NCBI GenBank assembly: GCA_044225505.1
Contig: JBGAIN010000001.1
Span: 19,642-83,641, forward strand
DNA from: Limisphaerales bacterium
GTDB taxonomy: Bacteria > Verrucomicrobiota > Verrucomicrobiia > Limisphaerales > SIBE01
Direction of reading: 5' to 3'
Length of the DNA stretch: 64,000 bases
This document shows, piece by piece, positions 1-12,000 of this stretch. Made by a program: the position numbers and the translations under genes. Below the pieces are notes generated by a model. That model saw nothing but the letters and a program-made list of their open reading frames with translations, was not told the origin of the DNA and searched no databases. How positions within the stretch are numbered: position 1 is the first letter of the stretch; every line of letters starts with the position of its first letter.

Positions 1-2207
1 ATGCTGTCGGCACCGCTCGAAAGCAAAGTCTGCCCGTCGCTGGAGAACTGGACCTGTTCTGCCGCACCGGCGTGGGGTCCGAAGGCGGCAAGCTCCTCAT
101 GGGTGCGCCAGTCCCAAAGCCGAATGAAACCATCCCCGCCGCAAGTGGCCAGCGTGAGTTCATCCGGCGAGAATACTGCCATGCGAACCAGGCCATGGTG
201 CGAATTAAACTCAGCCAGTTTACGCCAATCCTGCGTGTCCCACACCTCCACCAACCCTGTGCTGCTGAGAGGGCGCGCCAAATACCGGCCGTGCGGTGAA
301 AATCGCGGGCGAAATGCCAGCTCAGTTCTGGGCGGGAATTTAAAGACGATGGTCTGCCGGGCAACGTCCCAGGCGAACATCTCCGCCATGCCCACTTGCC
401 CGAAGAGTTCGCCCGCCGCCGAAACGACCGTTCGGCCGTCAGGATGGGCCGTAACCGCGCAAACCTGTTGGGTGTGGCCGGTGAAGGTCGCGTTTTTTTC
501 AAGGGTCGCCGCATTCAGCATGAGAAAATCAGCCGTCCGCAGAGTCACGTAGAGTCCCTGTCCGTCCGGCGTAAACTCCAGGGAATCAATCACACCGCTG
601 CCAATATCTCGCTCAACAAGGATCTTTCGTTCTTGGGCGTCCCAGACCCGGACGTTTCCTTGACCGCCGGCGCCAACCGCCAGGCGAGATCCGTTTGGCG
701 AACCTGCAACGGCGGTGACATAGCCAGGCTGATCCGGATAGATCGCCTTCTCCAGCGGTTGCGCTTGTCTCCAGAGGTAGCGCCATTCCCACCCACGCAG
801 GTCTTTCTGCCCAGGCGCCGGGATTTGCTGCCCCAGAATCTTGCGGGTACGACTCGCTTGGCCAAGCTCCCAGCTTCTAAAGGCGACCGCCATTTCCGAC
901 GCATAAAGGGAAGTTCGCTGCTCATCTCGCATCTTCTCGGCGGCAACACGGAGACGGGTCGCGCGCAGGGCCTGCCAGGAAGTGGCAATGACTCCGGCAA
1001 TCAAAACCAGGGTCAGGGAAGCTGCACTGGCAAGCACGACTCGATGTTTGCGAGCGAACTTCCGCAATTGATACGTGACCGACGGGGGCGCAGCGCTGAT
1101 CGGTTCCCCGGCAAGGTAGTTGCGCAAATCGGCTCCGAGCGCATTTGCCGTCTGGTAACGACGGTTCCGGTCCTTTTCCAATGCTTTGAGAACAAGCCAA
1201 TCTAGTTCCGACCGAAACGCCCGGTTCAACTGCCCGGGCGGCTCGTTGCGGCGCGCGGCGACTCGGTTTAACTCTTCGTGGCTAAGGGTGCTTAGTTGAG
1301 TGCTCGGCTTGAGCGGGTCCGTATCCCGGATGGCGCTCAGAACTGCTTCGTAACCCGCACGGATCTCTTTCCGAAGATTCAATGGCACGGTGCCGGTCAG
1401 CAGTTCGTAAAGGAGAACGCCCAGGCTATAGATGTCGCTTCGACTGTCGACGTCCAGCCCTCCAAGTCCGGCTTGTTCGGGGCTCATATAGGAGGGCGTA
1501 CCGACGAATTGATTGAAGCGCGTGACCAACCTCTTGTCGGTGAGTCGAGAGTCGGTGGCTTTGGCGATGCCAAAATCCACCACTTTAGGAATTGCTTTAC
1601 CGTCTTGCTCGGTTACCAACAAGTTCGACGGTTTCAGATCCCGATGAATAATCCCTTTTTGATGCGCGTGCTGGACCGCACTGCAAACGTCTATAAACAG
1701 CTCGATACGTTGGCGCGTATTCCATTGGCGCTCATCGCAAAACTCTGTAACTGACACTCCTCGCACCAACTCCATCACGAAGTAAGGACGGCCTGTATCG
1801 GTAGCTCCACCATCGTAGACGCGCGCGATATTCGGGTGGTCCATCAAGGCGAGAGCCTGCCGCTCGGCCTCGAAACGAGCGACAACCTCGTTTGTATCCA
1901 TCCCGAGCTTTAGGATCTTTAAGGCGACGCGTCTTCGGACCGGCTCCTGTTGCTCGGCCATCCAGACAGTCCCAAATCCACCTTGGCCGATCACCTCGAC
2001 CAGTTGGTACCTACCGATTCGAAGCCCGGCTGACTCTTTGAGGGAATAGTTCGCGTCCTCCCCCTCGTCTGAGGCGATGTCCGTTCCTGAAAGGGTAAGT
2101 CCAAGCGACAAGAGGCAGTTAGGGCAGACCTCAGGTCTTGTGCCATCAAGAGGTCTGCCACAATCCGGACAAACCGTCCTATCTTCCGGTGTTGGCGCCG
2201 ATGGCAT
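1..2207 (-). CDS. Ser/Thr protein kinase with N-terminal CxxC-CxxC zinc ribbon, TM helix and C-terminal WD40 repeats (3' end runs off the window)
   Basis: Not in the ORF track because there is no stop in the window. Manual translation from ATG 2207 gives MPSAPTPEDRTVCPDCGRPLDGTRPEVCPNCLL...IGQGGFGTVW...VALKILK...HRDLKPSN...DFGIAK...GTPSYMSPEQ...DIYSLG, then a TM segment and WD40-like blades (FSPD..TLATCGGDGFIRLWDW). Confidence 0.93.
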   Translation of the reverse strand, partial: MPSAPTPEDRTVCPDCGRPLDGTRPEVCPNCLLSLGLTLSGTDIASDEGEDANYSLKESAGLRIGRYQLVEVIGQGGFGTVWMAEQQEPVRRRVALKILKLGMDTNEVVARFEAERQALALMDHPNIARVYDGGATDTGRPYFVMELVRGVSVTEFCDERQWNTRQRIELFIDVCSAVQHAHQKGIIHRDLKPSNLLVTEQDGKAIPKVVDFGIAKATDSRLTDKRLVTRFNQFVGTPSYMSPEQAGLGGLDVDSRSDIYSLGVLLYELLTGTVPLNLRKEIRAGYEAVLSAIRDTDPLKPSTQLSTLSHEELNRVAARRNEPPGQLNRAFRSELDWLVLKALEKDRNRRYQTANALGADLRNYLAGEPISAAPPSVTYQLRKFARKHRVVLASAASLTLVLIAGVIATSWQALRATRLRVAAEKMRDEQRTSLYASEMAVAFRSWELGQASRTRKILGQQIPAPGQKDLRGWEWRYLWRQAQPLEKAIYPDQPGYVTAVAGSPNGSRLAVGAGGQGNVRVWDAQERKILVERDIGSGVIDSLEFTPDGQGLYVTLRTADFLMLNAATLEKNATFTGHTQQVCAVTAHPDGRTVVSAAGELFGQVGMAEMFAWDVARQTIVFKFPPRTELAFRPRFSPHGRYLARPLSSTGLVEVWDTQDWRKLAEFNSHHGLVRMAVFSPDELTLATCGGDGFIRLWDWRTHEELAAFGPHAGAAEQVQFSSDGQTLLSSGADS

Positions 2208-2252
2208 CTGGTCAAACCTGTTTGTTCTTCCCACAAACTGTCCGATTGCCTT

Positions 2253-2279
2253 CCACAGAAAATCCCGGTCAAAGTTACA
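2253..2279 (-). promoter_or_regulatory. Putative ECF promoter TGTAAC-N15-CTGTGG upstream of the kinase
   Basis: Same bipartite motif and 15-nt spacer recur at 8855, 20866 and 21800. Confidence 0.55.
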
Positions 2280-2291
2280 CGAAATCTGACG

Positions 2292-3029
2292 TTAGCTGCT
2301 GATCACGCGCAGCAGGTGGCGTAGCTCTTCCTGTACTTCAGCACGGGAGTCGACGGTTCGCGCAATTTCATCTCGGAGAATCTGCCCATAACGTTGCCGC
2401 ATGCGATGCACGGACACCTTGATGGCGCTTTCGGTGGTGCCGAGCTCCGTCGCAATCTCGCCATACGGCCGGCCGCCGCCATCTCCTTGGAGCAGGGGGA
2501 AGAGGACTGCAAATGTTTTCTCCTTATGGCCGGCGCGAAATTCCTGTTCGATCGCGGTGAGGGCTCGGTTCATCACGAGGTGGGCCCATTCCCGATCGAA
2601 AGAAAGCTCCTCCGAGGAATCGCTTTTCGCTGTAATCCGCTCCTGAACAGCAGTCTCATCCAGGGAGAGCGCTAGCGCTCCGCCGCCCCGCTTCGATGCG
2701 CTCCTTCGTTTCCAGTCATTGATCAGGAAATTCTTCATTGAGGTGAGTAGGAACGAACGGAATCGCCCTCCGTCACGCCGCAGTCCTGCCAGACGTGCTT
2801 TTTCGAGCAGAGTGACGAAGAAATCCTGAGTGATTTCCTCGGCTTCTTCATGGGACAGTCCGCGGCGGCGCACGTATCCATAGAGCGGAGGCCAGTAATC
2901 CCGGTAAAGGGCAGCGAACGCCTTCTCCGAATCCTGCGACGCGTCGCCCGCTTGTAGGATTTCAGTCCAACAAGTCGTTTTAAAAAGGGACCGCGCGTTG
3001 AGGTCGGGATTGTCGTCACCGTCAGCCAT
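2292..3029 (-). CDS. ECF sigma-70 factor (FxTTxW N-terminal type, kinase-associated)
   Basis: FKTTCWTEIL, YWPPLYGYVRRRG, EEAEEITQDFF, RFRSFLL, sigma4 YGEIATELGTTESAIKVSVHRMR; directly upstream of the kinase. Confidence 0.92.
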   Translation of the reverse strand: MADGDDNPDLNARSLFKTTCWTEILQAGDASQDSEKAFAALYRDYWPPLYGYVRRRGLSHEEAEEITQDFFVTLLEKARLAGLRRDGGRFRSFLLTSMKNFLINDWKRRSASKRGGGALALSLDETAVQERITAKSDSSEELSFDREWAHLVMNRALTAIEQEFRAGHKEKTFAVLFPLLQGDGGGRPYGEIATELGTTESAIKVSVHRMRQRYGQILRDEIARTVDSRAEVQEELRHLLRVISS

Positions 3030-3804
3030 GGATTTATACGTATCATCACTCCGATGGATCTTTAACGAAAAAATCCAAGTCCGGAGCAGGGACAGAGTGG
3101 TAATGGGCGTCTCTCTGTTGGCAACAATGTCAGTGTCTCCCGTTTCCGCGAAGAAGGCTTTAGCCGGCGTCGCGACAACCGTCGGCGAAAGAGATGAAGG
3201 TCGAGGCTACGGATACGAGATCTGTCGCGGACGGTCGATGGGCGAGTGTGTGGCGTTCATCGGAACGACCTTTTACCGTGCTGGCGATGCTGGAATGGCA
3301 AGGGCTGGCGACCTTATGCGTTCGACCTCCCGGTGGCCGCTCCGGACCCGCGTATCGCGAGAGAGGCCGCGGTTTCCACCTCTTGCGCAATGCGACGTAA
3401 CCATGTAATCCAAAGCCACCTGTTCGCCGTGCGGCCTGAGCAAGAAACGCACAGGGTGCGACAAGATCGGAGCTAATCCAAAAACGGTTTCTGCCGATAT
3501 TATCTAGTAGAGCTATCGGTCACGTCGCTAGGTTTGACCTGGCGTCCGCTGTCGCGGGAATTCGCGACTTTGTCCGGATTAACTTCGGCGCGATCAAATC
3601 GAGACAAGACCGAGGTGATCCAGGACATTCGACGCTCAGGAGAATGTGCAGTCGGTCCAAGTCCGCAGCTACGAGGTCCGCCTGTATGGCCGAGAGTCCG
3701 ATTGAGTCCTCCGCGGTTGCCAAGATGTTTGAAGGCATGCCTGGTCGAAACGGTCCAGACATTTCTACTATCGCGGAAAATCGGAAAAGCTAAAGACCTT
3801 CGAT

Positions 3805-6800
3805 GTGCGTACCACAGGTCAGACCAATCATTCGAGGCCGGACGGCGAGATAGAGAATCATAGCCAATCGGGCGCACGACTCGTCTTTTTCGACTTGGCG
3901 TGCGCTTGGCTCGTCTTTGGTTTGAGTGTTCTGGCGCTCTGGAGTTGGGGCGCGGGGATTAACTTCCTGCTGGTTTCTGACAACGTTCCCATTCCTCCTG
4001 CGCCGAGTGCCGCCCTTTGTCTCTTTCTTTTGAGCGCCGCGTTATTGCTCCGCCGATCGTCCTGGACAGCGCCAACCTGCGCCCGAATCCAAAACACGTT
4101 GGCAGCAATCGTGGTGGCGGTCGGCGGATTGGTCTGTCTGCGGGCTTGGATGGGTTGGGCCTCGCCACTGGAGGCCTGGTTCGCGCAGGGCGGCGATCAT
4201 GTAGGCGGTTCGAGAATCGGCATTATGTCTCCGTTGACAGGCGGCCTTTGTATGGCCGCAGGTTTGGCGCACGGGCTGGCAGCGCGGACTAGTAATCGGT
4301 TTTCTTGGGGAGGCCGGTCCGCCCGGATTCTCGGTCTGTTGGTAGGTCTCGGGAGTGGTCTCACCTTCCTTGTTTATGTGCTGATCGGCCCGTCATTCTA
4401 TGGCGCAGCTATTACGCCAATTTCACCATGGACCTCACTGACCTTTCTTTTCGTTGGTGGAGCATTAACTGCGGAAGCGGCTCGTCTCGACGCGCGAGAA
4501 ATTCAAATTCAGCCGCCACCCAGAGATTCGTCTCTCTCGGTGCGGCATCTCCGCCTGTTCCTAACCGTGTTAGGCATACTGGCGCTCGGTGCCTTCACCG
4601 CGCTTTATTTGCGCCACGCCCGGCAGCAAGATCAGGACGAGTCGTTTCGTTGGCTAGAGACAATTGCCGACTCAAAACTGGCCCAACTTGTCGAGTGGAG
4701 ACAGGAACGGCTCCGAGATGCGACATTTTTTGCGACGGCGGAGTTCTTTTCACACGACACGTTGCGATTCTTAAATGAGCCAACTTCCGCTGAGGCTCGC
4801 CGCCGCCTCGTGCGGACGCTGGAATTGGTGATTGCAGATAACAAATATGCCAGTGTTGCCCTGTATGACACGAACGCCAACCAGCGTTTGGCGGTGGGGC
4901 AGCAGGCAGGCACACCCAGGCCTAGGGCGATTTCTCCCGCTCTATTCGCCGAAGTGCTTCTCTCGCAGCGCGCGACAATGTCAGACCTCTTTCGAAGCGT
5001 CGATGACGATCGGATTTACCTGGATGTGGCATTCCCAATCCTCGCGCCGGTAATTGATCGTCAGGAACCCGCCGAGCCAATGAAGCCGCACGCGATCGGA
5101 GTGGGCTTGTTTCGGTTGGACCCGCACGGGTTTCTGTTTCCGCTTCTTCAACGCTGGCCAACTGCGAGCGCCAGCGCGGAAACAATCCTGTTTCGAAGTG
5201 ACGGCAAAGAGGCGCTCTTTCTGAATGAACTGCGACACGCGACGAACACGGCCCTTCGATTGCGCCTTCCCTCGGTTCGAGGACTTCTGAGGGAACGCGG
5301 TCGAATGGAAGGACGCGACTATCGCGGCACGGTCGTTTTAGCGGACATCAATCCGGTGCCGGACTCAAAATGGTTCCTTCTGTGCAAGATAGATCGCAAA
5401 GAGGTTTACGGCCCGCTTCGTGTTCACGCCTGGTTGACTTTGGCAGTGACTTTGGCCTTCGCTCTGGCCGCAGGATTGTTGGTCGGATTTGTCGTCAAGC
5501 GCGGAGAAGCAGAGTCCGCGTTGAAAGACCTCGTGAACGAGCGTCGCCACCTTTCGATGACACAACGCGTACGCCATTTGATGAAGAATGCAGCCGACGC
5601 AATTCTGATATCGGACGCCCAGGATCAGATCCTCGACGCCAACGACCGCGCAGAGGAATTATACGGCCGATCCTTGGCTGAGTTGCGCACCCTCAAGCTA
5701 CCGGACCTCCGTTCGCCGGAAGCGCGACTTCTTTATGCGAGACAAGCGGCCAGACTAGCCGCGGACGGACACGCCATCTTCGAAACCCAGCATCAGCATA
5801 AAGATGGCTCTGTTTTCCCAGTCGAGATTAGCATTCGAGTTATCGAGATCGATGGTGTCGCTTACAAACTGGCATTCATCAGAGATATCACCCAACGGAA
5901 GGCCCATGAACATGAAATTCTTCGGCTACAACGGTTTTATGCGACGCTGAGCCAAGTCAACCGAACGATTGTCCGCCTCCGCCGTCGCAACGAGTTATTT
6001 AGCGAGGTCAGCCGGATTGCGGTCGAATCCGGCGGCTTTAAGGCAGCCTGGATAGGCACTCTGGATTCAACAAATGCGAACATTGAACTGATAGCGACTG
6101 CTGGGGAGGGTTGTCAGAGTCTCGTGAGCGCCAACCCGAAAGACGAAGATGCATCCATTGCCTTTGGTCCGATTCGCGCCTGTTTGCGAGAAGGCAAGAC
6201 CTGCGTTTGGAATGACCCGATGAACGACGAACGGACGATATCGTGGCGCGGGGAGGCTGGTGTTCGACAATGGCTCGCGGTCGCGGCCGTTCCCATTCGC
6301 GTTGAACGTGAAGTATGTGCCGCGTTGACTGTTTGCGCGAACGAGCCCGGGGTTTTCCAAGATAGGGAAATAGCGCTCCTGGAGGAAATGGCGTTGGATT
6401 TGTCCTTTGCCTTGGAACGTTTTCAACAAGAAGAGGCGCGCCTCCGCGCTGAGGAGGCGTTGCATGGCAGCGAAGCTCAACTGCGCACTCTGGTAGACAA
6501 CATCCCGCAAAAGATATTCATCAAGGATCGTTCGTCACGCTATGAGTTTATCAACCTGAACTATGCGCAGGATTTGGGCATTCGACCGGAAGAGGCCACC
6601 GGGAAATCCGACTACGACTTTTTCCCAAAGGATTTGGCTGAGCAGTACCGTGCGGACGACAAACGTGTCATGGATACCGGTCAGATCGAGACCTTGGAGG
6701 AGAAATACCTTCAGAACGGCAAGGATATTTGGATTCAAACGCTCAAAGCGCCATTGAGAGACCAGCAAGGCCACGTGGTCGGACTGTGCGGCATCTTCCA

Positions 6801-8376
6801 CGACATCACGGAACGTAAACGTGTCGAACAGGCTTTGTGGCAACGGTTGGACATCCAGGCGCAGCTCGAGCAAGTGGCGGCTACTGTCCCAGGAATGATT
6901 TATTCCTTCAGGATGAGCGCCGAGGGTGCTTTTTCGATGCCGTACGCGAGCGCTGCCATTTTCGAAACGTACGGATTGCGCCCCGAGCAAGTGCGAGACG
7001 ATGCCAGTGCGGCATTTGCTTTGATCAACGGCGAAGATCTCGATGGCGTTAAGAAATCAATTCAGGAGTCCGCGCGAAACATGACTCCGTGGCGGATGGA
7101 CTTTCGGATTCAGCACTGCACCAAAGGGATGATTTGGGTTGAGGGGCACTCAGTTCCGGAAGCCGAACCAGGAGGCTCGATTCTCTGGCGAGGATTTCTC
7201 CAGGATATTACCGAGCGTAGAGGATTAGAAGCCCGTTTACGTCAATCACAGAAGATGGAGGCCATTGGCCAGTTGGCAGGCGGGGTAGCGCATGATTTCA
7301 ATAATATCTTGGCTTCCATGATGATCCAAGCGGACCTGAGCTTGATGGCTGGGCACTTGCCCGCCGACGCTCGCGAGGGCTTAATCCAAATTCGAGCGGA
7401 TGCCGACCGGGCTGCGAATTTAACGCGCCAGTTGCTTCTGTTTAGCCGCAAACAGGTCATGCAGCAGCGTGACTTGGACTTGAATGATGTCGTCACCAGC
7501 CTGGCCAAAATGCTCCAACGCATCATTGGGGAAGATATCCGGCTCCAGTTGAATTTGCATCCTCGACCCCTGATAACCCATGCCGATGCCGCCATGCTGG
7601 ATCAGGTGTTGATGAATCTCGTGGTCAACGCCCGGGATGCCATGCCGAATGGGGGCAAACTGATTATTGAAACGAGCCTAAACGTTTTGACTGACTCGGA
7701 TACGGCGAACATTCCTGAGACGAAGCCGGGATCTTACGTCGGCTTTCTCGTTAGCGATACCGGTTGCGGTATTCCGACCGAAAACCTGTCTCGAATCTTC
7801 GAACCGTTCTTCACGACCAAGGAACCGGGCAGGGGAACAGGATTGGGGTTAGCTACCGTATTCGGCATTGTGCAACAGCACGGCGGAGCGATCCAGGTGG
7901 AAAGCGAAGTGGGTCGTGGCACTCAATTCCGCATCTTGCTTCCGGCAGCCGAATCGCCCGACGCATCGTCGGTCGAGAAGGTGACACCGCTTTTTGCTTT
8001 GGCGGGCACGGAGACTGTTCTCTTGGTGGAAGATGAACCTGTTCTGAGAAGAGTTACCCGCACGCTTCTGGAGAAGGCAGGGTATAAAGTTTGCGAAGCG
8101 GCCGACGGCGCAGAAGCGCTTCGGAAATGGGATGAGCATGGACAGAAAATACAGATCTTGCTGACTGATATCGTCATGCCGGAAGGCATCAGTGGACGTG
8201 ACCTCGCTGCTCGCTTACGCGAGAAGAATCCCAAACTGCCGGTTGTTTTCACAAGCGGCTATAGTTCAGAGATCGCTGGACGTGATCTCAACTTACAGGA
8301 AGGCGAGAACTTCATTCAAAAACCGGCTTCTCCAGAAAGGCTGTTAGCGGTCATACGGCGCGCTCTGAACGGTTGA
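3805..8376 (+). CDS. Membrane-bound hybrid sensor histidine kinase (TM helices, Cache-like region, PAS, GAF, PAS, PAS, HisKA, HATPase, receiver)
   Basis: [23 protein letters not shown]-box, [11 protein letters not shown]-box, [19 protein letters not shown]; C-terminal LLVEDE...LLTDIVMP...FIQKP receiver; DITER/DITQR PAC ends. Exact start uncertain. Confidence 0.95.
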   Translation: MRTTGQTNHSRPDGEIENHSQSGARLVFFDLACAWLVFGLSVLALWSWGAGINFLLVSDNVPIPPAPSAALCLFLLSAALLLRRSSWTAPTCARIQNTLAAIVVAVGGLVCLRAWMGWASPLEAWFAQGGDHVGGSRIGIMSPLTGGLCMAAGLAHGLAARTSNRFSWGGRSARILGLLVGLGSGLTFLVYVLIGPSFYGAAITPISPWTSLTFLFVGGALTAEAARLDAREIQIQPPPRDSSLSVRHLRLFLTVLGILALGAFTALYLRHARQQDQDESFRWLETIADSKLAQLVEWRQERLRDATFFATAEFFSHDTLRFLNEPTSAEARRRLVRTLELVIADNKYASVALYDTNANQRLAVGQQAGTPRPRAISPALFAEVLLSQRATMSDLFRSVDDDRIYLDVAFPILAPVIDRQEPAEPMKPHAIGVGLFRLDPHGFLFPLLQRWPTASASAETILFRSDGKEALFLNELRHATNTALRLRLPSVRGLLRERGRMEGRDYRGTVVLADINPVPDSKWFLLCKIDRKEVYGPLRVHAWLTLAVTLAFALAAGLLVGFVVKRGEAESALKDLVNERRHLSMTQRVRHLMKNAADAILISDAQDQILDANDRAEELYGRSLAELRTLKLPDLRSPEARLLYARQAARLAADGHAIFETQHQHKDGSVFPVEISIRVIEIDGVAYKLAFIRDITQRKAHEHEILRLQRFYATLSQVNRTIVRLRRRNELFSEVSRIAVESGGFKAAWIGTLDSTNANIELIATAGEGCQSLVSANPKDEDASIAFGPIRACLREGKTCVWNDPMNDERTISWRGEAGVRQWLAVAAVPIRVEREVCAALTVCANEPGVFQDREIALLEEMALDLSFALERFQQEEARLRAEEALHGSEAQLRTLVDNIPQKIFIKDRSSRYEFINLNYAQDLGIRPEEATGKSDYDFFPKDLAEQYRADDKRVMDTGQIETLEEKYLQNGKDIWIQTLKAPLRDQQGHVVGLCGIFHDITERKRVEQALWQRLDIQAQLEQVAATVPGMIYSFRMSAEGAFSMPYASAAIFETYGLRPEQVRDDASAAFALINGEDLDGVKKSIQESARNMTPWRMDFRIQHCTKGMIWVEGHSVPEAEPGGSILWRGFLQDITERRGLEARLRQSQKMEAIGQLAGGVAHDFNNILASMMIQADLSLMAGHLPADAREGLIQIRADADRAANLTRQLLLFSRKQVMQQRDLDLNDVVTSLAKMLQRIIGEDIRLQLNLHPRPLITHADAAMLDQVLMNLVVNARDAMPNGGKLIIETSLNVLTDSDTANIPETKPGSYVGFLVSDTGCGIPTENLSRIFEPFFTTKEPGRGTGLGLATVFGIVQQHGGAIQVESEVGRGTQFRILLPAAESPDASSVEKVTPLFALAGTETVLLVEDEPVLRRVTRTLLEKAGYKVCEAADGAEALRKWDEHGQKIQILLTDIVMPEGISGRDLAARLREKNPKLPVVFTSGYSSEIAGRDLNLQEGENFIQKPASPERLLAVIRRALNG

Positions 8377-8854
8377 GATTTCACTCGCACTCCTGCCCCG
8401 GGGCAATCTGGTCCGTAAGGTTGGGGAGACGCAGCGTGTCACACAGCCCGGGCCTCAAGCCTCGAAGTGTCGGCGGATGGACTCTCCGAAATTGACGGGC
8501 AGTGCGGCCGGAGTATCAGCTCCAAAACATCGCTCCCCAAGTTTGGATTGCGCGATTGGATGCCTCAGTTGGATAGCCAGCGTGAGCTTGATATCTGCAC
8601 ACTGCACCGGGGTGAGGCAAGCGGCGTTTGTCGCACTATCAGCGACGTTTGTGACCTATCCAGCCTTAACAAACGGTTCATCGCGAGCGGTGGTCATCGG
8701 CTGGGCGAGCGCGGTAATCTCGATCGCCGTGCTGCGAGCTCCGACGAGCAACAAGCCGCGCGTCGTCCCCACCCAACTCGGCTACGCACAGCTCAGTTGA
8801 AACGGGCCAGACCGGTTTTTCCTGGGAATGACTCTTAGGCTGGTGCAATATCGT

Positions 8855-8881
8855 GGTAACCTTTGCACCGAACGGCCGTTG
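8855..8881 (+). promoter_or_regulatory. Putative ECF promoter GGTAAC-N15-CCGTTG
   Basis: Both boxes identical to those at 20866-20892; about 160 nt upstream of the CDS at 9042. Confidence 0.55.
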
Positions 8882-9041
8882 AACCTGACGCCAGCTCAAA
8901 CCTTGCACAACAAAACTGGAGTCAATTCGGCCGGTGAGAAGGCACGCTTGGTAGGCCCATGGCAACAACAAGAGCCGTTCCGCTCAATGGCCGTTGCGGA
9001 CTTCAAGTGTCGGCTTTTGACTCCGGCTTGATCGTTCAGAC

Positions 9042-12000
9042 ATGACCAGTCAGAGAACGGCATTTGGGGTGAGTCTATTCGCCACGCGCGAATTGCAATC
9101 AGTATTGTGTTATGCGATCGCGCTGGTGACAATGGCAGGGATTTCCTTGGCACTAGCCGTCCCGACGGGCGATGCGTCCGGCCCTACGGTGCATCTGCAG
9201 GAAGTTGTTGGCACGGTGGAAATCCATCCGCCCGACGCGGCCGACTGGAATGGTGTGAACCCCCGCTTTGCCAACCTCCCTTTGGCTCCCGGAAGTGGCG
9301 TGCGGACTCGCGAAAGGAGCCGAGCCGCGTTACGTGTGAACGTGACCGCGTATTATCTGAGGCAGAACAGCACGTTACGCCTGGAGTCCAAGCTGAACGC
9401 GGCCGGGCGGCCGGTGGTCTTTCTTGAAACCGGCAGCTTCTTTCTTGCAAATCGGGAACGCGTCAGCGAATTGGAAATTCATACGGCCGCGGTGGAGATT
9501 CGTCCCCGCGGCACTGAACTTGCAATTGATATCTCTGCCGACGGCACAACCACCGTCTCGGTTCTCGAAGGCGAAGCGGATCTGGTCACAAGCCAAACCC
9601 CAGGCGGCTTTTTGATCAAAGCTGGCCAACAAGGCCAAGTCCGGCCTGGCCAGGCACCCATCAAGACTCCCATAGTCGCTAGCTATGCCCAAGTGCAATG
9701 GATTCTGCATTACGCGGCAATCCTGGATCTTCGGGAACTCCCGCTTCCAGTGGAGGCCGTCATCGCCCTCGACAGATCGTTGGCGCATTTTCGAGAGGGC
9801 GCATTGCTCGACGCCTGGACCGAATATCCGCCAGACCGGTTGCCTAATTCCCCGGCGGAAGCGGTCTATTACTCCGGGCTGCTGTTCGCGTTCGGTGAAA
9901 TTAAGGAGGCCGAGGCGAGACTTCGGTCCGTCGTCATGTCGAAGGACACTCCGACCATGGTCCAGCACCTGGCGCGGGCTCACCTTCAACTCATGGCCGC
10001 GGTGACTCGCCAACCATTCGCCTTAGCGGAAACGCCAGACACCGCGACCCAGTGGCTCGCGCGGTCCTACGAAGCTCAATCCCAGCTTGATCTGGCTCGA
10101 GCGCTCGCGGCGGCCCGTCGGGCGGTGGAAATCTCGCCGGACTTCGGATTTGGTCTTGCGCGCGTCGCCGAATTGGAATTGGGCCGTGGCGACGTCGCTG
10201 CCACCCGCGTCGCTATTGACCGAAGCCTGGCCGTCTCTCCGCGCAATCCGCCAGCGCTCACCGTGCGCGGCTTCTTGTTGGCGGCAAATAACCTGACCAA
10301 AGATGCGCTCGCATCTTTCAATCAAGCCCTGGAAATCGATCCTCGACTCGGCGATGCCTGGCTCGGTCTCGGCCTTTGTCATTGGCGCCAGGGTGATTTG
10401 GCTCTAGCCCGGCAGAGCTTCGTCGCCGCTGCAACTTCTGAGCCGCAGCGTGCCTTGCTGCGCAGCTATCTAGGGAAGGCATTTTACGAGCTCGGCGATG
10501 ATCGGCGGGCGCTCAAAGAATTTAGGCTCGCTAAGGAAATGGATGCGAACGATCCCACAGCCTGGCTCTACAGCGCGTTGACGTTGCGACAAGACAATCG
10601 CATCAACGAGGCCATTCAGGATCTCGAACTCTCGGTCGAGCTGAACAAAAATCGCGGTATTTACCGCTCGCAGCTCATGCTGGATGGGGACCGGGCGGTG
10701 CGGGGCGCGAATCTCGCTCGCATTTATGAGGATAACGGGATGTTGAATCGCAGCGTTCAGGAAGCGGCGAGAGCTGTGGCCGCCGATCCTGCCAACGCGT
10801 CCGCGCATTTGTTTCTTGCGAACAGCTACAACGCGCTGCGCGATCTCCGACAGATCAATTTGCGTTACGAGACCCCATGGCTCAGTGAGTATCTGCTCGC
10901 GAACCTGCTTGCCCCGGTTGGTGTCGGCCTGCTTTCTCAACAGGTCTCTCAGCAGGAATACTCGCGCCTCTTCGATCGGGACCGGCTCGGACTGAGTTCG
11001 AGCACGGAGTATTTCAGTGCTGGGGATTGGAGGCAGGAAGCGACCCATTTCGGCGTCTTTGGTGGGACGAGCTACGCCATTGAATCGTCCTACCGATCAC
11101 ACAGCGGCCGACGGCCGAATGAAGACTTTGATCAGCTCACCGTCAGCGCCATGGCTAAGCAGCAACTCACACTGCAGGATTCGATTTATCTTCAAGGGGT
11201 GTACTATGACGCCCATTCGGGTGACGTAGCCCAGTATTTTGATCCGGCATCGGCGCACTTGCAGCTGCGCACCCATGAGTCGCAAGAGCCGATACTGATC
11301 GCAGGCTATCACCGCGAATGGCAGCCGGGCGTCCACACACTCGTGCTCGCCAGCCGTTTCCAGGACACGCTGAGGCTGACCGACCCTGAGCACGCGATAT
11401 TGGTTCGTGGCCGCACGCGTGAGGGCGTCCTCAGCCATATTCAGCAGTCGGAGCTGGATCCGAATATAGCGCCGCCGGTGGCACCGCTCGATTACCAGAC
11501 TGAGCTCGAAGGTTACTCGATTGAGCTCCAGCAACTCTGGCAGCGCGATCTTAACAGCATCACTCTTGGAGGACGTCTCCAATCTGGAACATTCGACACT
11601 TCGAGCCGCCTGGGTGCGTCAACCCCGACGCTCCTTGCGAATGCGTCCTCGGTCTCCGGCGGTGCCGTCCATACAGCTCCGATCGTCCAGGACATCGGCA
11701 ATGATTTCAATCGAGCCAGCTTCTACGCCTATGATCATTGGCGGCCATTTCAGCCGCTTGTCTTGGTGGGAGGCGTCAGTTATGAGACACTCACTCAGCC
11801 AAACAATTTCCGTTTTACTCCACTGACGTCCGGCGAGTTCAGCAACGACCGCGTCTCACCTAAGCTCGGCGCCATTTGGTCGCCGTGGCTTGGCAGTTCG
11901 CTGCGGGCAGCTTACTCGCGGGGGCTCGGGGGCGTCAGTTTTGATCAGAGTTTTCGTCTTGAACCGGTGCAGATTGCCGGCTTCACGCAAACGTTTCGTA

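Noticed and set aside
1-1754. Plus-strand ORFs 1-552, 396-1205 and 1296-1754
   Set aside because: Antisense shadows of the minus-strand kinase, which carries all the conserved motifs.
3030-3804. Several overlapping 60-136 aa ORFs in the ECF/histidine kinase intergenic region
   Set aside because: No recognisable motifs or consistent coding signal.
8377-9041. Short ORFs between the histidine kinase and the FecR gene
   Set aside because: No family resemblance on either strand; treated as intergenic or decayed sequence.
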